From positions 352,001 to 416,000 of the forward strand of contig CAYSCM010000001.1 in NCBI GenBank assembly GCA_964429815.1: a stretch of DNA of 64,000 bases, written 5' to 3'. This DNA is from an uncultured Candidatus Saccharibacteria bacterium. Its GTDB lineage: Bacteria; Patescibacteriota; Minisyncoccia; Phycocordibacterales; CAYSCM01. The position numbers and the translations under genes were made by a program. Under the pieces are notes generated by a model, which saw only the letters and a program-made list of their open reading frames with translations, did no database searches and had not been told where the DNA came from. Below are positions 54,754 to 64,000 of this stretch, in pieces. The stretch's first letter is position 1. Each line of letters begins with the position of its first letter.

Positions 54754-55608
54754 TCAGCGCGTGAGTTCTTTCACGAAGTCGTTGAGATCGTCGCTCACGA
54801 GGATCCCATACAGTCGCAGGGGGTTGTCTTGGTACACCCCCTTGTAGGTCGTCCGCGCCGTCGTGTAGCCGGCCGCTTTGAGGATTGCGATGATAGCCGG
54901 ATTGCTATAGCCGAATGGGGATGCAAAGTGGGTGACGGGCTTGCCGAGCTCGCGCTCGATTATTTTTTTACTCTCGGTAACCTCGACGGTGACCTTGTCG
55001 AGCGGGAGCGTCTTAAAGTACGGATGGGAAAGCGTATGATCGCCGATGGTCATGCCCGCCGCGTCCATGTCCTTGAGCTCTCCCCAGGTCAGGAAGTGCC
55101 TCTTTCCGATGGAGTTCGTGTAGATGAAGAATGTCGCCGTAGCGCCGTATTTCTTAAGAAGAGGGAAGGCGTACGCGTACTGATTGTGCCAGCCGTCGTC
55201 GAAGGTGAGCACGACTGGTTTTGTGGCGGGCGGTAGAGCCCCATGTTTCATATCCATTGCCAGCTCGTCCAACGTGATGGTCGTATATCCATTGTCGTGC
55301 AGGTACTTCAGCTGCTGCTCGAACAACTCCGGCGTAATATCGTACTGGTTCTGTATTTTTGATTCGCCCGCATAGTACGGTCGAACGCTATGGTAAATGA
55401 AGATGGGAATTTTAAGTGCGCCAGGTCCCGGCGCTTCCTCGGGCAAATTTTGGAATTGCGATTCGATCGCCGCCGCCGACTGCAGTTCAGGAGGAATCGA
55501 GGCGAAAACATAACCAAACTGGAGAACATTTTGGCCAACGACAAAAAACACTACTACAGCAGAGAATACTGCGCCCGCAGCTACTAACCAAGGATAGCGT
55601 CGCATCAC
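54754..55608 (-). CDS. polysaccharide deacetylase family protein (NodB homology domain)
   Basis: LTFDDGW, HTLSHP motifs; N-terminal TM. Confidence 0.82.
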   Translation of the reverse strand: MMRRYPWLVAAGAVFSAVVVFFVVGQNVLQFGYVFASIPPELQSAAAIESQFQNLPEEAPGPGALKIPIFIYHSVRPYYAGESKIQNQYDITPELFEQQLKYLHDNGYTTITLDELAMDMKHGALPPATKPVVLTFDDGWHNQYAYAFPLLKKYGATATFFIYTNSIGKRHFLTWGELKDMDAAGMTIGDHTLSHPYFKTLPLDKVTVEVTESKKIIERELGKPVTHFASPFGYSNPAIIAILKAAGYTTARTTYKGVYQDNPLRLYGILVSDDLNDFVKELTR

Positions 55609-55651
55609 CGAAGTATAACGCTTTCTGAGAGAAAGTGCCGTTTCACCTTAC

Positions 55652-56092
55652 TTAGTGGGCGCTTGTCGAAGTGGCATGATGCTCCATAGCCACGGGAGGC
55701 AGAGAGATGTCGCGGACGATCTGTGCCGCGATACTCGTTCCCGTTATCAGGCCGTACACGCGTACCTTGTCTCCAACTTTGATATCGGAGAGGGTGATTT
55801 TGTGCCATGTTCTATTGACAATGCGCGTAGAGGCGCTCGTCGTAACGGCATAGTTGGTATCACGAACAGTGAGCACAAAAGACCCCGATCCGATTTCCTT
55901 GATTGTCCCTTGGAGCGTTCTCTTTAATTTTGCCGCTGGCTTGCCGTGCTCCTCCGTGCGAACGCCCCCGGTTTTGCTCGTCGAAGTGGCAGCACTTGTC
56001 GTGGCATGTGAGTCCGGTCCCATGGCAAGTGCCGGAACCGCAAAGCCGAGGACAAGGAGAGTCGCGAGGCTCTTAGATACGAGATGTTTCAT
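55652..56092 (-). CDS. secreted DUF5666-like protein
   Basis: 146 aa; signal peptide, S/T-rich linker, beta domain similar to ORF 312-752. Confidence 0.55.
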   Translation of the reverse strand: MKHLVSKSLATLLVLGFAVPALAMGPDSHATTSAATSTSKTGGVRTEEHGKPAAKLKRTLQGTIKEIGSGSFVLTVRDTNYAVTTSASTRIVNRTWHKITLSDIKVGDKVRVYGLITGTSIAAQIVRDISLPPVAMEHHATSTSAH

Positions 56093-56304
56093 ATGGTGCT
56101 ACTAGCTGTGGTCTATTGGTATTGATAATAGTTAATGGTACCACATCTACACTAAGCGCAAGGCTAGCCTGCGGGGACAGGACGGAATGAGGCAGCCCCC
56201 CTCCTTCGCAACTACTAAAGGGTGCTTCGGTGCGGCTCTAGCCAAAAGCCAAAATGTGCCGATTCCGCTTTAATTCGGGGGCGTTTACGTGATTTACTAG
56301 GGCT

Positions 56305-56772
56305 ATGTATCGGCGCTTAGCCCTCATGGCCGTCCTCTCGTTTAGTGCCATGTACCTCCTTATGTATATGATGGTCGACTCCTATGCGAACGTATTTCCG
56401 AACCTCAACGAGTTTTATATGGCGGCCATGATGACCTCACCTATGATCCTCATCGAGCTTTGGCTTATGGGCCGTATGTATGCCGACAAACGACTAAGCA
56501 GGGTAATAGGCTTCCTAAGCATAGCTCTCTTCGTCGCCAGCATAGTTCTCTTGCGGAACCAGATCGGCATCTCCGACCAAGAATTTGTGCGCTCCATGAT
56601 TCCTCATCATGCCGCGGCCCTTCTCATGTGCGAACGTTCAAAGCTTACTGACCAAGAACTTAAAACTCTGTGCCGCAATATCGTGGCAAATCAACAGGCG
56701 GAGATCTTGGAGATGAAGGCGGTTCTTGAGCGACTGCAGAAGAAGTCTACAGAGTCGTGGGCTAATTTGTGA
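56305..56772 (+). CDS. DUF305 domain protein
   Basis: MIPHHAAALLMCERS and NIVANQQAEILEMKAVL motifs; N-terminal TM. Confidence 0.7.
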   Translation: MYRRLALMAVLSFSAMYLLMYMMVDSYANVFPNLNEFYMAAMMTSPMILIELWLMGRMYADKRLSRVIGFLSIALFVASIVLLRNQIGISDQEFVRSMIPHHAAALLMCERSKLTDQELKTLCRNIVANQQAEILEMKAVLERLQKKSTESWANL

Positions 56773-56953
56773 GGGCGTGTGCGTTTTGGGAGCGCCGCGT
56801 CACAGCTTGTATAGAAGGGCCGAAGTAGCCGGTGACGAAGCCTTCGGGGAGGACGGACGGATTTAGAGCGAGGGTGGTATACCTGATACAGCGCATTGCC
56901 ACATGCACGGATTTTCATTAGGCTGACGGAGAAACAGAGAAAGGAGGGCGTTG

Positions 56954-57172
56954 ATGGACGACCAAGAGTATTTCGTCTACGTCGAAGAGGCGGCGAAGCT
57001 CCTCGGACATTCGCCGATCCCTCGGGAGTTCATTAGTGAAGCCCTCCGACGCATTCGACAGGGGAACATGACCGTCGAATACTATCCCGCCTCCGCGTAC
57101 CCGCTCATCCGCGAGGTCCTCACTGCGGCGCGGCGTCTCGAGCGCGCGCGAGCCATCCATGAGGGATGCTGA
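56954..57172 (+). CDS. hypothetical small protein
   Basis: 72 aa; followed directly by a strong terminator. Confidence 0.45.
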   Translation: MDDQEYFVYVEEAAKLLGHSPIPREFISEALRRIRQGNMTVEYYPASAYPLIREVLTAARRLERARAIHEGC

Positions 57173-57193
57173 TGCGTTTCTATCTTCGGATTC

Positions 57194-57227
57194 GGGCCGC
57201 CCAGTAATAATCTGGGCGGCCCTTTTG
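57194..57227 (+). terminator. rho-independent terminator
   Basis: gggccgcccagtaataatctgggcggccc + ttttg. Confidence 0.8.
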
Positions 57228-57270
57228 TATGGAACGAAGGAGTGGTATCGTAGGGGCTCCTTAGATTCCC

Positions 57271-57774
57271 ATGAGCTTTCTCAAACGGGTTTCTCTCTAC
57301 ATCTCTATCAGTATCATGTACGTAGCGCATGTCGCGCGGCACACCTATCTTAGGATTTTCCATCGGCAAAAATTCGCACATGGCGTGCGTGTTATCCTGA
57401 TCCACACGGGACGTGTGGTGCTTGTGCGACACTGGTATGCACCGGGTGTCTGGACGCTCCCCGGAGGGGGCATTCAAGGAACCGAGACGGCGGAAGACGC
57501 AGGACGTCGCGAGGCGTTTGAAGAGACGGGCCTTACCGTCGATTCCTGGGGAGGGGAGGTAGGCACCTACAGAGGCGTGCTTGGCTCTCGTGATACAGTG
57601 ACCGTGTTTTTCTCCGAAGACGTGCAGGGAAGCATGAAGCTTCTGCCAAGCTTTGAGATCATGGAGCGTGGATTTTTCGACCTCACGCATTTGCCCGGTA
57701 CTATTTCTCCGGCGAACCGACGTCGGATCGAAGCGTATCAACGTGGTGTGCGCAATGAACGGGGAACATGGTGA
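57271..57774 (+). CDS. NUDIX hydrolase
   Basis: Nudix box LPGGGIQGTETAEDAGRREAFEETGL. Confidence 0.7.
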   Translation: MSFLKRVSLYISISIMYVAHVARHTYLRIFHRQKFAHGVRVILIHTGRVVLVRHWYAPGVWTLPGGGIQGTETAEDAGRREAFEETGLTVDSWGGEVGTYRGVLGSRDTVTVFFSEDVQGSMKLLPSFEIMERGFFDLTHLPGTISPANRRRIEAYQRGVRNERGTW

Positions 57775-57775
57775 T

Positions 57776-58390
57776 ATGAAACGAAGGACGTCTACTGTGG
57801 GCATCGCCCTTCAGCATCTGAAACGCGACCGGCGACTCGCAAAAATCATAGCCAGGGTGGGCAAGCCTGAACTTCGGCACACAAAAAATTCCTACGAGGC
57901 GCTCGTGCGGGCCATCATATACCAGCAAATTTCGGGAAAAGCCGCGGCTTCTATTCTCGCGAAATTTCTTGCTACCGTGCCGCACCGCACCTATCCTACA
58001 GCGCAGCAGGTTCTTAAGGTGCCGATGCGCAAGCTCCGTGCCGCCGGTCTCTCGAGACAAAAAGCGCTCTATATTCGCGACCTCTCCGCGAAATTCGCAA
58101 GCGGCTACATCGCGCCGCACCATTTTCCGCACATGAGCGACGAGGATATCCGAGAGCACCTCATTGCCGTGAAGGGAATCGGGCGCTGGAGCGCCGACAT
58201 GTTCCTTATGTTCTCACTCAACCGTCTCGATGTGCTCCCGACCGGCGATCTCGGCATCCAACGCGGCATGAAGATCCTTTTTAATTTGCGGGTGATGCCT
58301 AAGCCTGCGCGAATGGAAGAGCTCGCCGCAGCGTGGAAACCATATCGTACGCTAGCGTGTTGGTATCTGTGGAGAATGCAGGATACTTAA
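57776..58390 (+). CDS. DNA-3-methyladenine glycosylase II-like (AlkA/HhH-GPD family)
   Basis: HhH-GPD motif LIAVKGIGRWSADMFLMFSLNRLDVLPTGDLGIQRG with catalytic Asp; start trimmed to MKRRTST. Confidence 0.8.
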   Translation: MKRRTSTVGIALQHLKRDRRLAKIIARVGKPELRHTKNSYEALVRAIIYQQISGKAAASILAKFLATVPHRTYPTAQQVLKVPMRKLRAAGLSRQKALYIRDLSAKFASGYIAPHHFPHMSDEDIREHLIAVKGIGRWSADMFLMFSLNRLDVLPTGDLGIQRGMKILFNLRVMPKPARMEELAAAWKPYRTLACWYLWRMQDT

Positions 58391-58464
58391 GACACCTGGC
58401 GCGCAGTTGCGCGAGACAGCGTTTATCGGCATGCTAGATCACGGATTTCATAAGGAGCCAACCC

Positions 58465-58743
58465 ATGCTCCTCACGGAGCTCTTTGTACGAAAGGTGCGG
58501 CCCAAGAAGAAGCGCGAAGCGAAAGAGCATGCGCTCCGCAGCCTCACGAAAGCACTCTCGTGGCGTATCCTCGGGACCCTTGATACCTTCGTTCTCGCAT
58601 GGCTTATCACCGGAAGCGCAAAAACCGGCGCCGCCATCGGCGCCGTCGAGCTTTTCACGAAGATTTTTCTCTTTTACGTGCACGAGCGCGCCTGGGCTCA
58701 CGTGAGCTGGGGCCGCCCGAAACTGAAAAATCCGCCTCCCTAG
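58465..58743 (+). CDS. DUF2061 domain membrane protein
   Basis: RSLTKALSWRILGTLDTFVLAWLITGS...FYVHERAW pattern. Confidence 0.62.
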   Translation: MLLTELFVRKVRPKKKREAKEHALRSLTKALSWRILGTLDTFVLAWLITGSAKTGAAIGAVELFTKIFLFYVHERAWAHVSWGRPKLKNPPP

Positions 58744-58760
58744 GCGGATTTTCCTTTACC
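58735..58760. terminator. bidirectional hairpin terminator
   Basis: aaaatccgcctccctaggcggatttt between convergent genes. Confidence 0.6.
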
Positions 58761-59679
58761 GCGCTCGAAGCTCCATGTAAATATCCTCGAGCGCTTTCAC
58801 CGCATCACCTGCCGCGATGTTGTTCTGGTGGTAGAGCTCGTTGGTGCAATCGCCCGCAGCCCACACGAAGGATGTTTTAGTTTTCTGGTTCTTGGGGTCG
58901 ACGATGACGCGTCCGACCGTATCGAGCTCCACGAGGTCTTTCACGAACTCGGTATTAGGAATGAGCCCTATCTCGACGAAAATGCCGTTGACGGAAAGCT
59001 CTTTCGTCTCGCCACTTTCTTTGTCTTTGTAGGAAAGTCCGGTCACGAAGCCGTCGCCCTTTACAGCGAGAATCTCGGCGTTTTTTATGCCGGTCATCTT
59101 GGGATGTGCCAATACTTTCTCGACGGTAACGGGATCGGCTCGATAATCGCTGCCGTGTGTGAGGAGCGTCACGCTCTTGCAGTAGGCAAGGAGCTGTGCG
59201 GCTGTTTCAAACCCTGCGTTGCCGCCGCCGATGACCACGACATCCATATCCGCAAAAAGCGGCCCGTCGCAGGAGGCGCAGTAGGTGAGGCCCTTGTTGT
59301 CGAACTCGGCTGCGCCCGGGACGTCGAGCTTGCGGCGGTGTGCACCCGAAGCGATAAGGAGAGCCTTCGCCTCAAAGGAGGTGCCGTCCTTAGTGGTCAC
59401 GCGGAAGCCGCCGTCTATCGTTTCGGCCTGCACCGCACGGTCGGGGGAGACTATCTTAAGACAGTCGCTCTGGTAGGCGCGCAGGTGCGCCTCGAGGGAT
59501 TTCGCGAGGTCTGGCCCCGAGATTTTCACCGTCCCTACCCAGTTTTCGATGCCGAAGGATTCAATGCTCTGTCCGCCGAAAGCCTCCGTGATGAGGACGG
59601 TATCGAGGCGTTTGCGGCACGCATAGACGCCGCCGGCGACACCCGCCGGTCCCCCGCCGACGATGATGAGGTCATGCAT
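58756..59679 (-). CDS. trxB: thioredoxin-disulfide reductase
   Basis: FAD site GGGPAG, redox CASC, NADPH site GGGNAG. Confidence 0.92.
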   Translation of the reverse strand: MHDLIIVGGGPAGVAGGVYACRKRLDTVLITEAFGGQSIESFGIENWVGTVKISGPDLAKSLEAHLRAYQSDCLKIVSPDRAVQAETIDGGFRVTTKDGTSFEAKALLIASGAHRRKLDVPGAAEFDNKGLTYCASCDGPLFADMDVVVIGGGNAGFETAAQLLAYCKSVTLLTHGSDYRADPVTVEKVLAHPKMTGIKNAEILAVKGDGFVTGLSYKDKESGETKELSVNGIFVEIGLIPNTEFVKDLVELDTVGRVIVDPKNQKTKTSFVWAAGDCTNELYHQNNIAAGDAVKALEDIYMELRAR

Positions 59680-59856
59680 GCGAGAGAGTATAGCGCACCG
59701 TCCGACAAACGCGAAAAAACCACCCCTGCGGGCAGCTCTCGCATTTGCACTTCTTTATCCTTGTCACCTTTCAAACACCTTGCGCAGCCGTCGCGACGGC
59801 GAGCAAAGCAGATTTTGCTCCAGCAAAATACGCGTGTATTTTACATGTGAAAAAAA

Positions 59857-61026
59857 CTACTTAAGTTTGCTCCTACGGAGGAAGGAAGGTACCGCTCCCC
59901 AGTCGTCGTCCGCCTCGACTTCGGCGGCGACAGCCGGCTCACGTCTCTTTTCTTCAACAAGAGGCTCCGCAGCTTTTTCTTTTTTGGAAACGATGGGTGT
60001 ATTGAATATCTTGCCATCCTCTTCAGCCCGCCTGCCGATCGTAAAGAGAGAGGAACTGCGGTGGCCGGAACCCTCGGGGAAGCCGGTCGCGATGACCGTG
60101 ACCTTGAGCTCCCCTTTCTTGAGATTTTCGTCCTTGGTAGCGCCGAAGATGACCCTGGCATTGGGGTCGATTGATTCGGTGATGATTTTCGCGGCTTCCT
60201 GAACTTCAAGCATGCCGAGGTCGTCGGAACCGGCAACCGCAAAGAGGACCCCCTTGGCTCCCGTGACCGAGATCTCGAGGAGCGGCGAGTTGATGGCCAT
60301 GCGCGCGGCCTCCTCGGCGCGCTTGTCGCCGGTCGCGATGCCCACCCCCATGAGCGCGCTTCCAGCGTTTTCCATAATGGCGCGGATATCGGCAAAGTCG
60401 AGGTTGATGATGCCCGGGGTCGTGATGAGGTCGGAAATACCCTCGACGGCGAGCCGCAGGATGTCGTCGCACATCGCAAACGCGCTCTTCACGGTCGTAT
60501 TTTTGTCGACCACCGCGAGGAGGCGGTCATTGGGGATGACGATGAGAGCGTCAACCTCTTTTTTGAGCTCATCGATACCTCCCTCGGCGAGCCGCATGCG
60601 CTGCTGACCTTCGAAGGAGAAGGGTTTCGTGACGACGCCGACCGTAAGGGAGCCGGCCTCACGCGCCGCGCGCGCGACGACGGACGCCGCGCCGGTCCCG
60701 GTGCCGCCACCCATGCCGCAGGCGATAAAAATCATGTCGGCGTTTTTCACCGAGTCGAAAATTTCTTCCTTGGTCTCTTCCGCGGCGCGACGGCCTAGGT
60801 CGGGGTTCATGCCCGCGCCGAGGCCGCGGGTCAGGTTCTTGCCGATGTGGATTTTGCGCTTGGCTTGCGATTGGTGGAGATCCTGCGCGTCAGTGTTGAT
60901 GACCACGAACTCGACGCCGCGCATCTTCGAGCTGATCATGTGGTTTATGGCGTTTTTTCCCGAGCCGCCCACCCCGATGACCCTAATTCGCGCGAACGTT
61001 TCAACTTCAGGTCGGATTTGTTGCAT
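59857..61026 (-). CDS. ftsZ: cell division protein FtsZ
   Basis: GVGGSGKNAINHM, tubulin signature region, C-terminal peptide DDWGAVPSFLRR; ATG 61026 preferred over the ORF-track start 61074. Confidence 0.95.
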   Translation of the reverse strand: MQQIRPEVETFARIRVIGVGGSGKNAINHMISSKMRGVEFVVINTDAQDLHQSQAKRKIHIGKNLTRGLGAGMNPDLGRRAAEETKEEIFDSVKNADMIFIACGMGGGTGTGAASVVARAAREAGSLTVGVVTKPFSFEGQQRMRLAEGGIDELKKEVDALIVIPNDRLLAVVDKNTTVKSAFAMCDDILRLAVEGISDLITTPGIINLDFADIRAIMENAGSALMGVGIATGDKRAEEAARMAINSPLLEISVTGAKGVLFAVAGSDDLGMLEVQEAAKIITESIDPNARVIFGATKDENLKKGELKVTVIATGFPEGSGHRSSSLFTIGRRAEEDGKIFNTPIVSKKEKAAEPLVEEKRREPAVAAEVEADDDWGAVPSFLRRSKLK

Positions 61027-61160
61027 GACGATACGTGAGCTGTTAGTAGCGCCATCATACCAGGCCGCTTTCAAAAGGGAACTTTGACAAAAAAGGGTTT
61101 ACGTATCCCAGTGGCTTATCGATGAAAACAAAAAACGCCCGTCCTTCGGGCGCTCTAGCG

Positions 61161-62327
61161 CTACGGCAAGAACTGAGAAAGGCTCCGCCAGAGGTCTTTG
61201 AAGAGCTCTTTGGCGCTGTGTGAGCCGACCTCCTCGCTTACGGTGAGCCCGGAGACAGCAAGGCCGTACGCGGTTGCCCAGGAAGCATCTTTGAGCTTTG
61301 AATTGATCCGGAAGCTCGGTAGGTAGAGGCGGGCGGGGAGCTTGAGGACGCTCTTCGCGGCGTCGACGATGCCGGTAATACCGGAGCCGCCTCCGGTGAT
61401 GATGGCACCCGCGGGGAGGAGCTGTGCCCGGCCGATTTTCTTCAAGTGGGTCTCGATGAGCCGGAATAGTTCAACGAGCCGCGAGGCAATGATGTCGTCA
61501 AGCTTTTTTTTCGGATACGTCGCGCCGATGATGGAGCCGATTTTTATCTGCTCCGCCTCAGGAAGAGAGATTTTGAGCCCAAGCGCGATCGCATGCGTGA
61601 TGTCGGAGGAACCGGTGGGGAAGATTTTCACCGACATCGGCAGCCCGTTCTCGTAGATAGCAATAGTCGTCGTCTCGGAACCGATGTTGATCAACACACA
61701 GCCCGCCTTTTTGTCTGCCTTGCCAAGCATCACGAGGCTCCCAGCCAAGGGGGAGGCGATGACGTCTTCCACCGAAACGCCCCCCTCCTCGACGGCGCTT
61801 ATGAGATCGTTGAGGTGCTGCTCAAGCATGGTCACCATGAGAACGTCGGTCTCGAGCTTGGTGCCCTTCATACCTTGGGGTTTCCCCATGACCGGAGCTC
61901 CGTCGAGGCGATAGGAGAGCGGGATGGTGTGGAGCACTTTGCGATTAACGAGCTTGTCTTTGGCCTTTCCCTCTGCGACCGCAAGCGCTTTTTCCAGGTC
62001 GAGGTCGGTCACCTCGTAGTCAGCCCGGGATATCACAACCTCGCCGCGGGAGGTCGCTTCGTCGACGCCCGCCCCTCCCGCGCAAATGTAGGCGCGGCGT
62101 ATCTTCATGCCGGAAGATTTTTCGGCCTGGCCGACAGCCGCGGCGATCGATTTTGTCGCTTCGGCGGCATTCACGATGTAGCCGTGCCGCAGTCCCCGGG
62201 TCTCAGAGGCGCCGATACCGATGATGGAGGGAAGCTGGCCCGGCTTATCCTCCTTGCTAATAGCCGCGACGACCACCTTTATGTAGGACGTTCCAATATC
62301 TATACCGACCGCGACTCGTTGCGCCAT
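61161..62327 (-). CDS. ftsA: cell division protein FtsA
   Basis: Actin-like ATPase; VGIDIGTSYIKVVV phosphate-1, 388 aa, immediately upstream of ftsZ. Confidence 0.92.
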   Translation of the reverse strand: MAQRVAVGIDIGTSYIKVVVAAISKEDKPGQLPSIIGIGASETRGLRHGYIVNAAEATKSIAAAVGQAEKSSGMKIRRAYICAGGAGVDEATSRGEVVISRADYEVTDLDLEKALAVAEGKAKDKLVNRKVLHTIPLSYRLDGAPVMGKPQGMKGTKLETDVLMVTMLEQHLNDLISAVEEGGVSVEDVIASPLAGSLVMLGKADKKAGCVLINIGSETTTIAIYENGLPMSVKIFPTGSSDITHAIALGLKISLPEAEQIKIGSIIGATYPKKKLDDIIASRLVELFRLIETHLKKIGRAQLLPAGAIITGGGSGITGIVDAAKSVLKLPARLYLPSFRINSKLKDASWATAYGLAVSGLTVSEEVGSHSAKELFKDLWRSLSQFLP

Positions 62328-62353
62328 GAGAAATTTGCAAGGAGGAGAGGGGA

Positions 62354-62731
62354 TTAGAAAGAAATCCGCAGAAGCCGCCTCTCTTCGTCCTCCATTCTAG
62401 CGCCATGGGCGAGCCCCTTCAAATGGAGGAGTCCGTGGATAAAAAGGTGGGCGAGGTGTATGCGCGGCGTGTGCCCGTAGCGGGAGGCTTCTCGTTTGGC
62501 GACGGCCGGGGCGATGAGTATTTCTCCGGAAGTTTTCGCCATAGAAAACGAGAGGACATTGGCTGGTTTGTTTTTTCCCCGCAGGGAACGATTGAGACGT
62601 TGCGACTCTTTCGCCGAGACAAAGGCCAGTGAGAGCTCGTAGTTCGTGCCAAGCACCCGCTTTGCAAGTTCGGTAAAAGGCAAGCGGGGAAGCTTGCCTT
62701 TCGTCTTGTTTACTATGGAGAGTCGTGCCAT
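62354..62731 (-). CDS. ybeY: rRNA maturation RNase YbeY
   Basis: HGLLHLKGLAH zinc-binding HxxxHxxxxxH motif. Confidence 0.85.
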   Translation of the reverse strand: MARLSIVNKTKGKLPRLPFTELAKRVLGTNYELSLAFVSAKESQRLNRSLRGKNKPANVLSFSMAKTSGEILIAPAVAKREASRYGHTPRIHLAHLFIHGLLHLKGLAHGARMEDEERRLLRISF

Positions 62732-62991
62732 TAGCGGCGCTCGGGCTTCAGCTCTACTTTGCCGAGCTTCACGAGCTCGTTGAATTTCTCACGGCGCTCG
62801 ATTTTTTTAAGAGCCTTCTTCTTGCGTACGTAGGGAGAAGTTGGGCGTGCGCGGTAGCGGATGGAGCGCACGCGCGGCAAAATACCGGAACTCTGCACCT
62901 TCTTGGTGAAACGGCGAATGACGCTCCCCGTCGATTCGGAGGGAGCGCGCGTCACTTCGGCATTTATGCCCGAAATCTTCATGCGGGGCAT
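62731..62991 (-). CDS. rpsU: 30S ribosomal protein S21
   Basis: Basic ~85-aa protein (...VRKKKALKKIERREKFNELVK); start approximate. Confidence 0.78.
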   Translation of the reverse strand: MPRMKISGINAEVTRAPSESTGSVIRRFTKKVQSSGILPRVRSIRYRARPTSPYVRKKKALKKIERREKFNELVKLGKVELKPERR

Positions 62992-63014
62992 CCTACCATA
63001 GGGGTGTGACCCTT

Positions 63015-63050
63015 TCAACTAAAAAGCAACCCGCAGTTTTTGCTGCGGGT
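63015..63050 (-). terminator. rho-independent terminator (minus strand)
   Basis: Minus-sense cacccgcagcaaaaacugcggguugcuuuuuaguu. Confidence 0.7.
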
Positions 63051-63365
63051 GCCGTTGTGGCCTACACTTCCTTCCTTAAGAGCTCTGAGCAGGCAGTGTA
63101 GGCGTCGTGTCGTCCTTGTAAACGACCGTCTCGGCACCCCAAACCATACGCCTTGTTAAATAGGCGAGTTAGACGTCTTGCCGCGGATCTGAGTGTCCCT
63201 GGGAGAAACTCAAAAACCACTTGCCTGCCTAAAGGATCGTCGGGATACGTTTCGATGCAGAAGATGCTATCCCTGAGTCGAAGGAAGTAATGAGGTCGGA
63301 GAGGCTTCATTTCTTGTCCTCACTTGTAACTTCTAAGACCCTACCAGTTTGGGAAATGGAGTCAA

Positions 63366-64000
63366 TCAGAGCACTTCTTTCTTGAGGTACACGGAGAGCT
63401 GCGGTAGCGGAATGATCTCCTGGGAGCGGGTCTCCATGTGACGGACGATAACGGTGCCGTCGAGCGCTTCCTTATGTCCCATGATGATGGTCCAGGGAAC
63501 GCGAAGCTTTTCCGCGGTAGTGAGCTGGGCAGAGAGCTTGTCGCGTCCCAGCGACTGCTCGAGCGGAATACGGCTCTCACGGAGCATATCAAGAACAGTG
63601 AAAGATTTACGCTTGGCCTCAGGGCCGACGTAGATGAAAAAGATTTTCGGCCTGCGGACCGGTCTTGTGGACACGGAAGCCGCCGAAAGAGCGCGCGCGG
63701 GGGCCTTGAAGGTGAAAACGACACCTATCGCGGGAATGGGCACCCGCAAGAGCCGCCGCGACACTTCGTCGTAGCGGCCCCCGCGCGCAATGCGGTCCGT
63801 GCCGGAGCTGCCGTAGCGTATCTCGAAAAGCGTATGGGTCGCGCTGTCGCGAGCGGAGACGAGGGAGGTATCAAGCTCGTAGGGGACGCTCATACTTTCG
63901 AGAAACTCGAGGATCTCGGAGAGGTGCCGGCGAGAGGGCTCGGAGAGGTAATCAATGGAGCGCGGCGCGCCGGAGCACGCCTCATGCCCCTTCTCGCGAA
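63366..64000 (-). CDS. hisS: histidine--tRNA ligase, C-terminal part (gene continues beyond window end)
   Basis: Class II motif 3 GGRYD and anticodon-binding domain; no start within the window. Confidence 0.75.
   Translation of the reverse strand, partial: REKGHEACSGAPRSIDYLSEPSRRHLSEILEFLESMSVPYELDTSLVSARDSATHTLFEIRYGSSGTDRIARGGRYDEVSRRLLRVPIPAIGVVFTFKAPARALSAASVSTRPVRRPKIFFIYVGPEAKRKSFTVLDMLRESRIPLEQSLGRDKLSAQLTTAEKLRVPWTIIMGHKEALDGTVIVRHMETRSQEIIPLPQLSVYLKKEVL

Noticed and set aside
63062-63310. 82-aa minus-strand ORF in the hisS-rpsU intergenic region
   Set aside because: No features, Arg/Leu-rich, no RBS; region better explained as structured RNA or UTR.
1-64000. CRISPR arrays, rRNA genes, transposase/IS elements, integrase genes
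   Set aside because: Looked for regularly spaced short repeats, rRNA signatures and DDE/tyrosine-recombinase motifs in all six frames and found none. The only mobile-element signal is the integrase-less tRNA-Ser(GCT) islet.

Overview
This is a high-GC (~58-60%) bacterial chromosomal segment with small, tightly packed genes and many overlapping stop/start junctions. The window mixes core housekeeping loci with accessory pockets of lower GC.

Core genes recognised from their protein motifs:
- chaperones and proteases: groES-groEL, htpX, lemA, Hsp20, PrsW
- cell division: ftsA-ftsZ, an FtsB/DivIC-like gene
- DNA repair and replication: rarA, dinB, an Nth-like and a MutY-like HhH-GPD glycosylase, an AlkA-like glycosylase, a class II ribonucleotide reductase
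- translation and RNA: valS, a partial hisS, lepA, tsaD, RNase J, a pseudouridine synthase, ybeY, rpsU
- envelope and transport: murJ, an O-antigen-ligase/TPR protein, mscL, secG, a MacA-MacB-type efflux operon
- redox: msrB, trxB
- regulation: two divergent ECF sigma factors, one translationally coupled to a DUF5667 anti-sigma-like gene

RNA genes found by eye:
- a bacterial-type RNase P RNA at about 34695-35166, which the ORF track mis-covers with spurious ORFs
- seven tRNAs: Ser-GGA, Gly-CCC, Arg-CCT, Phe-GAA, Val-GAC, Glu-CTC, Ser-GCT

The gene content resembles reduced-genome Patescibacteria/CPR-like bacteria: DUF5652, DUF5666, DUF5667 and DUF2061 proteins, a short ValRS, an RG-rich RNase J N-terminus, and no CIRCE element at groESL. 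That placement is an inference, not a call.

The most unusual signals are around the tRNAs:
- a ~3.3-kb low-GC composite insertion immediately 3' of tRNA-Ser(GCT), bounded by a perfect 21-bp direct repeat of the tRNA 3' end, carrying an HNH endonuclease but no integrase
- partial tRNA-end duplications paired with long perfect hairpins next to tRNA-Phe, tRNA-Val, tRNA-Glu and tRNA-Ser(GCT), which no listed feature explains

Two structured intergenic regions (about 14763-15205 on + and 63060-63360 on -) end in strong terminators and look like unassigned ncRNAs. Gene starts are approximate: the ORF track allows TTG/GTG starts, and I trimmed several N-termini on the basis of SD sequences, stop overlaps and homolog N-terminal motifs.
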